A stretch of 41,944 bases of DNA from an uncultured bacterium (lineage in GTDB: Bacteria; CAYJRR01), in NCBI GenBank assembly GCA_964372275.1, contig CAYJRR010000021.1:1-41944 (forward strand). Direction: 5' to 3'. A program made the translations under genes and the position numbers. The notes below the pieces were generated by a model. That model did no database searches, had not been told where the DNA came from, and saw nothing but the letters and a program-made list of their open reading frames with translations. Positions 8,638 to 16,509 of this stretch are shown here, one piece after another; within the stretch, counting starts at the first letter, position 1; every line of letters starts with the position of its first letter.

Positions 8638-10227
8638 GTGTCGGAAGCGACGCGGTTCGGAAAGTACCTCCTCTACGAGCGGATCGCCGCCGGCGGAATG
8701 GCGGAGGTCTTCCGCGCCAAGCCGATCAGCTCGGACCGGTGGTTGGCGGTCAAGCGCATCCATCCCCAGCACCTGCAGAACGCCGACTTCGTCGCGATGT
8801 TGATCGACGAAGCCAAGATCTCGGTCCAGCTCGACCATCCGAACATCGTCCGCGTCCTCGACCTGGGCAAGGTCGACGACCACTACTTCATCGCGATGGA
8901 GTACATCGAAGGGCGCGACCTGCGGCGCGCCTTCGAGAAGGTCGCGCAGACGGGCGGCCGGTTGCCGCTGGCCGAGGGGCTGGCGGTGGTGGCGCAGGTG
9001 GTCAAGGGCCTGGCCTACGCGCACGCGCGCACCGATCCTCGGGGGCGCAACCTGGAGATCGTCCACCGCGACGTCTCTCCGCAGAACGTCCTGCTCGGCC
9101 TCGACGGCTCGGTGAAGCTGATCGACTTCGGGATCGCCAAGGCGGCGAACCGATTGGTCGAGACGCAGGTCGGGATCCTCAAGGGGAAGTACGCTTACAT
9201 GTCCCCCGAGCAGGCGGAGGCGACGGGGAACCTCGACTTCCGAAGCGACATCTTCTCCGCCGGAATCCTCCTTTACGAGTGCGTGGCGGGACGCAACCCC
9301 TTCCGCGCGCCCCTCGACATCGACACCTTGCGCAACGTGAAGGGGAACGTCCTCGTCCCTCCTCGCGAGATCGTTCCCGATCTCCCCGAGGCGGTGGAGC
9401 GGATCGTTCTTCGCGCCCTCTCGCCGGCACCCGCCGATCGGTATCCGACCGCCGGCGAGATGGCGGCGGAGATCGACGAACAACTGCACGAGGTCCACCC
9501 CGGCTACTCCCGCTCCGACCTCGCCGATTTCGTTCAGCGGTTGTTCGCCGGCGACGAGCCGGCGATCGGGCCTGCCGATCGGGAGGCGGCGGCCACGCCG
9601 GCCGAGCCGAGTCTCCGGCGTGGGCCGACGCGGTTGGATCGGCTGGAGCCGGTCGCCGGCGCGACCACCGCCGGAGTCGAGCCGCAGACGGCTGAAGGGG
9701 CCGTGTCCAACGGAATCCGCCTCCCCGATCCGACGGGTCCGGGCGTGCCCGATCTCGCGGATGTCGGCGGCGGCGACGACGGCGAGCCGGAAACGGTCGG
9801 AGAGGAGTTCCGCGCCTTCGGTCTCCGACTTCTCGAGGGGCGCCCGACGAAAGAGGACCGTCGCCTGCTCGGCGTCTTCGCACTCGCGATGGCCGGACTG
9901 GCGCTGGCGATCCTCTTCTTCGGCCGGCCGAGTCCGCCGGCGGCGACGGGGGCGGAGCTCGTCGTCGAGACCCTTCCGGCGGGGGCGGCGGTGACGATCG
10001 CCGGGCGGCAGGTCCGCGGCGTCACGCCGCTGAAGGTCCGGCTCCCGCCCGGAAAGCCGGTGAAGGTCACGCTCTCCAAGCCGGGCTACCGGACCTGGTC
10101 GGGAACGGTCGTCCCCGGGGGGAAGATCGTGCGAACGCTCCAGCCGACGCCGACGACGGCGACGCCTCCCGCGCCGGGGCCGACGACCGGTTCGGGCGCA
10201 GCGCCGCCGGCGGCGCCGGCGCGGTAG
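8638..10227 (+). CDS. Membrane Hanks-type Ser/Thr protein kinase with C-terminal PEGA domain
   Basis: GGMAEV, AVKRI, HRDVSPQN, DFGIAK and YMSPEQ motifs; TM helix LLGVFALAMAGLALAILFF; PEGA-like ETLPAGAAV...G.TP...KPGY. Confidence 0.92.
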   Translation: MSEATRFGKYLLYERIAAGGMAEVFRAKPISSDRWLAVKRIHPQHLQNADFVAMLIDEAKISVQLDHPNIVRVLDLGKVDDHYFIAMEYIEGRDLRRAFEKVAQTGGRLPLAEGLAVVAQVVKGLAYAHARTDPRGRNLEIVHRDVSPQNVLLGLDGSVKLIDFGIAKAANRLVETQVGILKGKYAYMSPEQAEATGNLDFRSDIFSAGILLYECVAGRNPFRAPLDIDTLRNVKGNVLVPPREIVPDLPEAVERIVLRALSPAPADRYPTAGEMAAEIDEQLHEVHPGYSRSDLADFVQRLFAGDEPAIGPADREAAATPAEPSLRRGPTRLDRLEPVAGATTAGVEPQTAEGAVSNGIRLPDPTGPGVPDLADVGGGDDGEPETVGEEFRAFGLRLLEGRPTKEDRRLLGVFALAMAGLALAILFFGRPSPPAATGAELVVETLPAGAAVTIAGRQVRGVTPLKVRLPPGKPVKVTLSKPGYRTWSGTVVPGGKIVRTLQPTPTTATPPAPGPTTGSGAAPPAAPAR

Positions 10228-10257
10228 CGCCCCGTCCGGCCGTCCGCCCCGACTCGT

Positions 10258-11100
10258 TCAGCCTGCGGCGAGCGCGCGGGCGAGGGCGGCGAACGCCTCG
10301 ACCGGCACGGTCTCGGCACGGCGGTTCGGCTCGATCCCGGCCCGGCGGAGCGCGTCGGCGATCCGCTCCTCGGACGCGTCGAGGTCGCGCGCACCGCGCA
10401 GCGAGTTCCAGATCGTCTTCCGGCGTTGGCCGAAGGCGGCGAAGACGACGCGTTCGAACGAGGCGGCGTCCGGGACCTCGGCCTTCGGTGTTCGGCGCAT
10501 CACCAGCCTCAACACCGCCGATTCGACCCCGGGGCGCGGATGGAAGGCACCGGGCGGAAGCTTCAACGGGACCGACGCGTCGGCCCACAGGCCGACGAGC
10601 ACCGAGAGCGCGCCGTAGGTTCGCGATCCCGGCGGGGCCGCGACGCGCTCGGCCACCTCTCGTTGCAGGGTGAAGGTGGCGTCGAGCACGTGTTCGCGTT
10701 GTTCGACCGCGCGGCGCAGAAGCGGAGACGACGCGTAGTAGGGGAGGTTGCCGGCGAGCTTCAGCCGCCTGCCGGCGCGCGCGTGGATCGGGCCCAGGTC
10801 GAGCCCGCGGGCGTCGGCGTGGACCAGCTCCAGCCGCTCACGGGTTCCGAGCTCCTGCGAAAGGACCCGCAGCATCTGCGGATCGAGCTCGACCGCGACG
10901 ACGTGCGCTCCGGCATCGAGCAGCGCGGCGGTCAGCGCGCCGAGACCGGGCCCGATCTCGACCACCCAATCGCCGGCGGCGATCTGGGCCGCGCGTACGA
11001 TCCGCTCCGCCGCCCCTCCGGGGACGAGGAAGTTCTGTCCGAGGCCCTTCCTTGCGGCCAGTCCGTACCGGGCGAGGAGCGTCTGCGGATGCGTCGCCAC
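10258..11100 (-). CDS. rsmA: 16S rRNA m6,2A1518/1519 dimethyltransferase RsmA/KsgA
   Basis: KGLGQNFL, VEIGPGLGALT, NLPYY, QREVAER, F.P.P.V.S, FGQRRKT and RRAET motifs; start assigned to GTG 11100. Confidence 0.95.
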   Translation of the reverse strand: MATHPQTLLARYGLAARKGLGQNFLVPGGAAERIVRAAQIAAGDWVVEIGPGLGALTAALLDAGAHVVAVELDPQMLRVLSQELGTRERLELVHADARGLDLGPIHARAGRRLKLAGNLPYYASSPLLRRAVEQREHVLDATFTLQREVAERVAAPPGSRTYGALSVLVGLWADASVPLKLPPGAFHPRPGVESAVLRLVMRRTPKAEVPDAASFERVVFAAFGQRRKTIWNSLRGARDLDASEERIADALRRAGIEPNRRAETVPVEAFAALARALAAG

Positions 11101-11165
11101 GCGCTTGCGTGTCCCGATCGAAATGGTTTGCCCTTCGGGCTTCCTCGGGGCCTCCCCGAAGGCCC

Positions 11166-11660
11166 CTACCCGCGCTCCAGGAGATCCTGGATCCCCGCGC
11201 GGACCCGGGCGCGCAGGTCGTCCAGCGACCCGATGCGATCCAGGTCGACCGATGCGAGGAGCTTCCGCATCCGGTTCACGTCGAGCTCCTCGTCCTCGAG
11301 CAGCCCGTTCACCTCGCACAGCACGTTGCCACGTTCGGCCACGAACTCGACGATCTGAGCCTGCTTCTTGGGGTCGAGATCGACGAAGGCGATCCCCAGA
11401 CCGGCCGGCCCGTTGACGTTCGCTTCGGTGCGCGAGCGGACCTCCCCCTTCACCAGGATCGGTTCGTCGAAACAGGCCAGCCGGAACCGCAGCAGCACGG
11501 CCTGCCCGCGCGGGAGATCGAGCGCCGTCTCGAAGAAGACGCCACCGCCCCCGACGCGCGAGATCGTCCCCGGATGGTTCTCCCCGTTGACGACCAGGGT
11601 CCCCTTCTCGCGGATCGCCGCCCGCTCGAACTGGCGCGCCTGTTTGTAGGATCCCCCCAC
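11166..11660 (-). CDS. PilZ domain-containing protein
   Basis: RQFER (RxxxR), GGVFF, GEVR and GLGIAFVDL PilZ pattern, plus a C-terminal helical extension. Confidence 0.8.
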   Translation of the reverse strand: MGGSYKQARQFERAAIREKGTLVVNGENHPGTISRVGGGGVFFETALDLPRGQAVLLRFRLACFDEPILVKGEVRSRTEANVNGPAGLGIAFVDLDPKKQAQIVEFVAERGNVLCEVNGLLEDEELDVNRMRKLLASVDLDRIGSLDDLRARVRAGIQDLLERG

Positions 11661-11672
11661 TCGAGAAAAAGC

Positions 11673-12698
11673 CTACGCCGATCCCGACACCTTGGCCAGC
11701 GGAAGCCCCGAATCGGCATTCAATCCCCAGGGATCACGCTCCCCGCGAAGACGCCGTTGGAGGCCCACGTAGCCGATCATCGCGGCATTGTCGGTACATA
11801 GCGCCGGGGAGGGGAACCGGACCTCGACCCCGGCTCGGGTCCCGCGCTCTCCGAGGAGCGACCGCAGCCGCGAATTGGCCGCCACCCCTCCGGAGACGAC
11901 CGCGCGGGAGATCCCGGTCCGCTCGAGGGCCGCCATCAGCTTTTGCGAGAGGACGTCGGCCACTGCCTCCTGCATCGAGGCGGCGAGGTCGGCCTTGCGG
12001 CGCTCGGCCTCGGCGCCGAGCTCACGCACCTTCAGCAGCACGGCCGTCTTGAGTCCGCTGAAGGAGAGGTCGAGACCCTTCCCCTCGAGCCCACGCGGGA
12101 AACGGAAGGCATCGGCGCGCCCGTCGCGCGCCAGCCGGTCGATCGCCACGCCGCCGGGGTAGGGGAGGCCGAGCACCTTTGCCGCCTTGTCGAACGCCTC
12201 CCCGGCGGCGTCGTCGACCGTGCGCCCGAGCAGCTCGTATCGGCCGAAGCCGCGCGCAAGGTAGAGATGGGAGTGACCGCCGCTGACCAGGAGCGCCACG
12301 AAGGGATAGGCCGGCGGATCCGGCTCGAGAAAGATCGCGTGCAGGTGCCCGGCGAGGTGGTTGACGCCGACGAACGGAGCCCCTAGCGCCGCCGCGTACC
12401 CCTTTGCGAAGTTGAGTCCGACGAGGAGCGCGCCGACCAGCCCCGGCCCGTTCGTCGCGCAAACACCGTCGATCGCCTCTCCGCCGGCCTCGCGCAGCGC
12501 CTGCCGCACCACCGGCACGATCGTCTCCACGTGCCGCCGGCTGGCGAGCTCCGGCACGACGCCGCCGTAGAGGTCGTGCAGGTCGATCTGGCTGGCGACG
12601 ACCGAGGAGAGGACGCGCGCCGGTCCATCCGGCGCGTCCCCCTCGACGACGGCGGCCGACGTTTCGTCGCAACTGGACTCGATGGCGAGAACGCGCAC
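11673..12698 (-). CDS. tsaD: tRNA t6A37 threonylcarbamoyltransferase TsaD
   Basis: LAIESSCDETSAAV, GGVVPELASRRH, GPGLVGAL, HLAGH, LLVSGGHS, DDAAGEAFDK, SFSGLKT and CTDNAAMIG motifs; start GTG 12698 or 12701. Confidence 0.97.
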   Translation of the reverse strand: MRVLAIESSCDETSAAVVEGDAPDGPARVLSSVVASQIDLHDLYGGVVPELASRRHVETIVPVVRQALREAGGEAIDGVCATNGPGLVGALLVGLNFAKGYAAALGAPFVGVNHLAGHLHAIFLEPDPPAYPFVALLVSGGHSHLYLARGFGRYELLGRTVDDAAGEAFDKAAKVLGLPYPGGVAIDRLARDGRADAFRFPRGLEGKGLDLSFSGLKTAVLLKVRELGAEAERRKADLAASMQEAVADVLSQKLMAALERTGISRAVVSGGVAANSRLRSLLGERGTRAGVEVRFPSPALCTDNAAMIGYVGLQRRLRGERDPWGLNADSGLPLAKVSGSA

Positions 12699-12851
12699 CA
12701 CCGGGAGCGAAGCACACGGCGGTCCGGATCGGTAGCCGGACGTGCGACCGCGCCGACTCAGCGGAGGACTTGCATGGTCGAGGACGTCCGTGGGACCGGC
12801 CGAATCCATGCGACGATCGCGACGCGCTCGAACGAATCGGCACTTGGCGCG

Positions 12852-12873
12852 ATTGATTGACGGAACAATCAAT
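12852..12873. promoter_or_regulatory. AT-rich inverted repeat, candidate transcription-factor operator
   Basis: ATTGATTG-acggaa-CAATCAAT perfect 8-bp arms in the divergent tsaD/lipoprotein spacer; it also contains ATTGA-N8-TCAAT. Confidence 0.5.
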
Positions 12874-12888
12874 GCATCGCGGCGCGTC

Positions 12889-14655
12889 ATGCCGTTCCGA
12901 CTACTCACCCTGCTGCTCGTCGTCGTCGTCACCTCGCTCGCGTGCGAGCCTTCTATCCGATTCGGGGAAACGCCGCGGGAACGAATCGAGTTCACGGAGG
13001 CGCCGCCCGGAAGCTGGTCGAGCGAGACGATGCATGCCGGGCCCGGATCGGTCGACGGCGTCTCGATCGACGTCGGTACGAACGGCGCGATGGTCGTCGC
13101 CTACGCCACGACCACCGGGTCGTGGGAGAACCGCCAGGTGTCGCTCCTGGGGGCCGTGCGCAATGGTCTGGGGAACTGGAATCGCACGCCGTTCGCCACC
13201 AGCGGCGGCGTCAACAGTGGTTTCACCCTCGGCGATGTCGCCTTCGATGGATCGGGTGCGGCGTGCCTCGGGTACACGGACTGGATGGGCCTTTCCTACC
13301 ATTCGAGCGTCTACCGCGCGTGTTTGACCGGCTCGGCGACTCTTCGAGAGACGCTGATCGTATGGACCGATGCCGGATACCAGGTCGACCATGCCTACTC
13401 GGCGGATGGGAGGCGCCACGTCGTGGTGCGCGCCGGAAGTTCCGTCGAGTACGTGCTCCCGAGCGGCGCGCGTGAAACGGTTATGGCCGGCAGCTTCAAA
13501 CGGACCGACTTGGCGATCGACGCGGCCGGGCGACCGCACGTGGTGGTGTCGGGACGACCGGTGATCGGCGGGCTGCCGACGTCGGCGCGCGAGATCTGGC
13601 ACGGCGTTCGAACAACGTCCGGTTGGAGCCTGACGCCGGTCGAGCAAAACGACCTGTGGACGCCGGAAAACGAGACCGACGACGTTTCGATTGCAATTGC
13701 TCCGGACGGATCCCCCTCGATCGCGTATCGGCGGCTCGACGCCGATGAGGTACGAGTTGCGGTGCCGGGATCGGGCGGGACGTGGATCCGAACCACGATC
13801 GATCGGGGTACGCCGGGCTACAAGGCCGGGCTCTGGGTCGGAATGCGGATCGGTTCGAGCGGACGCCGTCACGTGGCCTATTCCAAGGGTCGGAAGCTCT
13901 ACTACGCCGTCGGGACCGCCTCGGAATGGACGATCGAGCGCGCCGAGTACGACTTTCCGCAACCCGGTCCCTATGTCTACGACGTCGTGGCCTCGTTCGC
14001 GGGGGGGCTCTTCTCCTTCGACATCGACGAACAGGAGCGTCCGCATCTCGCCTTCGTGCAGCCGTCGCAGGTGATCCGCCTCTCCCGCAATGCGACGCTG
14101 GAGCCCCAGCCGACTCCGACTCCCGATACGTCCCTGCTTGCGGTCGGCGACCTCCAACCCGGGGACCTGGTCGTGACCGAATTCATGGGGGAGCCGGGCA
14201 GCCACCCCGACGCCGAATGGATCGAGATCTACAACGCCGCCGGGCGGCCGGTAAACCTGAACGGTCTCGGCATCGCCAACTTCTCGGCGGCGACCGAGCC
14301 GCCTGCCATCATCCACACGGACGTCGTCGTCGAGGCGGGCGCGTACGCGGTGATCGCCCGCGGTACGCCCGAAGCGTGGACCTCGACCGAAGTGGTACCG
14401 GACGCCTTCTGGGGGTACGGCTTGCAACTCTACGACGGGTACGACGAGGTCTACCTACGAGGCGTTCCGTGGACCGTGCTCCTGGACTGGACCGCGCTGG
14501 TCTACGTGCTCGGTCACCATTCCGACCAGCTCCGCCTCTCCCGATTGTCCGCTTCGGGAAACGACCTGGTGGCGAACTGGTGCATCGCGGCGGGGCCGTA
14601 CCTGGACGGCTACGACTACGGTTCGCCGGGCGGTCCGAACGACGGCTGCCCTTGA
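12889..14655 (+). CDS. Putative lipoprotein with beta-propeller-like repeats and C-terminal lamin-tail domain (LTD)
   Basis: Leader MPFRLLTLLLVVVVTSLA|C; repeats like LAIDAAGRPHVV and IAIAPDGSPSIAY; LTD motif LVVTEFM...EWIEIYN...LNG and terminal GSPG..N. Confidence 0.75.
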   Translation: MPFRLLTLLLVVVVTSLACEPSIRFGETPRERIEFTEAPPGSWSSETMHAGPGSVDGVSIDVGTNGAMVVAYATTTGSWENRQVSLLGAVRNGLGNWNRTPFATSGGVNSGFTLGDVAFDGSGAACLGYTDWMGLSYHSSVYRACLTGSATLRETLIVWTDAGYQVDHAYSADGRRHVVVRAGSSVEYVLPSGARETVMAGSFKRTDLAIDAAGRPHVVVSGRPVIGGLPTSAREIWHGVRTTSGWSLTPVEQNDLWTPENETDDVSIAIAPDGSPSIAYRRLDADEVRVAVPGSGGTWIRTTIDRGTPGYKAGLWVGMRIGSSGRRHVAYSKGRKLYYAVGTASEWTIERAEYDFPQPGPYVYDVVASFAGGLFSFDIDEQERPHLAFVQPSQVIRLSRNATLEPQPTPTPDTSLLAVGDLQPGDLVVTEFMGEPGSHPDAEWIEIYNAAGRPVNLNGLGIANFSAATEPPAIIHTDVVVEAGAYAVIARGTPEAWTSTEVVPDAFWGYGLQLYDGYDEVYLRGVPWTVLLDWTALVYVLGHHSDQLRLSRLSASGNDLVANWCIAAGPYLDGYDYGSPGGPNDGCP

Positions 14656-14687
14656 CGAACGGTTCGGGCCGCGCCGTTCCGCCGTGA

Positions 14688-16358
14688 CTAGGGCTTGGCG
14701 CCCGGCGCCTTCGCCGCCCGACGCTTGGCGGAGACGCCATGGTCGACCTTCGGCAGGTAGCTCGCGAAGTCGAAGCGGTCGCCGGTCTGCTCCGCCGAGT
14801 GGCAACTTCGGCAGAACGCTTCGTCGAAGGCGGACTTGAGCTTCACCTTCTTCGGACTGGCGGCGTGCGCGCGTCCGGGGCCGTGGCACGCCTCGCACTG
14901 CACGCCGGTCAGTCCGGCGATGGTGAAGGGGTCGCTCGGTCCGCCCGGCTGGCGGTAGCCGGTGGTGTGGCAGCCGACGCAGTCGAAGTCGAGTGCGTGC
15001 CGTTCGTCGACCAGCGTCTTGTAGGCGCGGGCGTGTCCGGTCTCCATCCAGCTCTTCGACTCCGACGTGTGGCAGGCCTGGCAGACGACCGCGCCGACGA
15101 ACGGACCCTCGCTCGGTCCGGGCGCGCCGTCGGGGGTCGGGACCGAGACCGGGAGCGCGCTCATCTTCTCCAGCGCCTCGGCCACCATCACCGCCACCTT
15201 CGGGTGGTCGGGCAGGTCGCGGTTCAAGTCGACCAGCCGGTTCGACAGGCGCGAGGCGTCGTCCCCATCGGCCGGGAGGTTCTTGCGCTCGATCTCGAGC
15301 TGCTCCTTGTAGAAGACGAGCTGGTCTTCGAGCATCACCTTGCGGTCCTTGTCGCCCTCCGTCTCGACCCGCTGCGAGATCTCGGTGATCCGATCCTGGT
15401 AGGTCTCGATGCGCCCCTTCACCCGCTCGACGTTGGAGAGGTCGACGATCTGCTCAAGCGCCTGCGGCATCGGTCCGCGAAGGTCGATCTCGAGGTGCCC
15501 GAGCTGCTTCCCGCGGTGACCCGACTGCACGATCCAGGTCGAGCCGGCGCGCTGCGGATCGAGGAGCTGGCTCATGGAGTGGCCGCCGACGATCAGATGG
15601 ATGCCGGCAATCTCGTTCGCGAGCCGCAGGTCCTCCTGGAGGCCGAGGTGCGTCAGGGCGATCACGAGCGAAGCGCCTTCCGCCTTGAGCGCCGCGATCT
15701 CCCGCCGGGCCGCGTCGAACGGATCGCCGATCTTGTATCGCGGATTCTCGGAGGGAAGGACCGGTGCGCCGTCCGGGCCGGTGGGGGTGAGGACGGCGAA
15801 GATCCCGACCGTGAGCCCGCCGAACCTCTTCGTCATGCGGGGCGGGAAGACGGTCTTGCCGTCGTTCCCCGTGAGGTTCGCGCAAAGCATCGGCAGCCCG
15901 CGCGCCGCGGCGAGTCCTTGCAGGAACTCGACGCCGAGCTTCAGGTCCTGGTCACCGACGGCCAGCGCGTCGATCCCCATCGCCTTGTTCGCGTCGGCGA
16001 TCAGCTCCGCCTTGAGGCGGCGCTGGGGGATCTCCTCGTCGACGAGCGGCTCCTCGGGGAAGAAGAGGTCCCCCGCGTCGACGAGCAGGAAGGCGCGCCC
16101 GGCCTTGGCCGCCTGGTGCTTCGTCTGTTCCGTGACCTGCGCTTTCCGGGCCAGACCGCCCAGCGGGTTCTTCGGTCACCCGCAGGGCTCGATCTCTCCG
16201 TTGGCGTTGTTCTGGTAGAGGACGGTCACTCCTTTGACCGGACCGCCCGCCACCCCCGACGACGCTCCCGGGGCGCCGCCGTTGGGGCGGCAGGCGGGAT
16301 GACCGACCGAAACGGCGCCGAGGAGGCCGAGGGAGAGCAGCGAATTGGAGAGTCGCAT
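14688..16358 (-). CDS. Probable selenoprotein: exported UshA-like (5'-nucleotidase/metallophosphoesterase fold, CGU motif) domain fused to a tetraheme cytochrome c (c554-like) domain
   Basis: ORFs 16176-16358 and 14688-15980 are in frame and separated only by TGA 16176-16178: GEIEPCG-U-PKNPLGGLARK...LLVDAGD...AVGDQD...CANL...ALTHLG...GGHS. Four CxxCH motifs (CQACH, CVGCH, CEACH, CRSCH). SECIS-like hairpin downstream. 556 aa with Sec61. Confidence 0.85.
16140..16178 (-). promoter_or_regulatory. UGA plus bacterial SECIS-like hairpin
   Basis: UGA CCGAAGAACCCG CUGGGC-GGUCUG-GCCCGG AAAGCG: a 6-bp stem whose G-initiated loop starts 19 nt after UGA. Confidence 0.75.
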
Positions 16359-16374
16359 GGGGGCGAGGATATCA
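16359..16374 (-). promoter_or_regulatory. Putative extended -10 promoter for a leaderless selenoprotein mRNA
   Basis: TG-A-TATCCT, then 7 nt (CGCCCCC), then ATG 16358; no SD. Confidence 0.5.
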
Positions 16375-16388
16375 CGCGCTGTTGAGAA

Positions 16389-16481
16389 GGCGTCCGGGGT
16401 CGCGGTCGCGACCGAGTCCGTTCCTGCGGCCGCGTCCGAGGGATGACCCCGGGAACGGCCGCCATCGCGACCCCGGATGCC
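16389..16481. repeat. Long imperfect inverted repeat (rod-like hairpin): terminator, REP-like element or small RNA
   Basis: 16389-16406 pairs with 16464-16481 (18 bp, 2 G-U on the + strand); inner CCGTTCCTG pairs with CGGGAACGG. Confidence 0.65.
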
Positions 16482-16509
16482 GGACCGAATCGCCGTACGA
16501 GGGTGCGCC

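Noticed and set aside
10258-12995. Long N-terminal extensions of RsmA (to 11319) and TsaD (to 12995) in the ORF track
   Set aside because: The extensions overlap neighbouring genes and look non-coding. Family homology starts near GTG 11100 and GTG 12698.
14657-14679. Bidirectional terminator between convergent genes
   Set aside because: Only a 6-bp stem (GAACGG/CCGTTC) with no U-tract; too weak to call.
16176-16178. Nonsense pseudogene interpretation of the two TGA-split genes
   Set aside because: Both TGAs sit in Cys-type redox motifs (CGU, UPYC), both halves are intact, and both carry the same downstream hairpin. This is not formally excluded without seeing the sel genes.
16389-16481. SRP (4.5S) or 6S RNA identity for the long hairpin
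   Set aside because: It lacks the SRP domain IV CAGG/GGAA/AGCA motif on either strand and is about half the length of 6S RNA.
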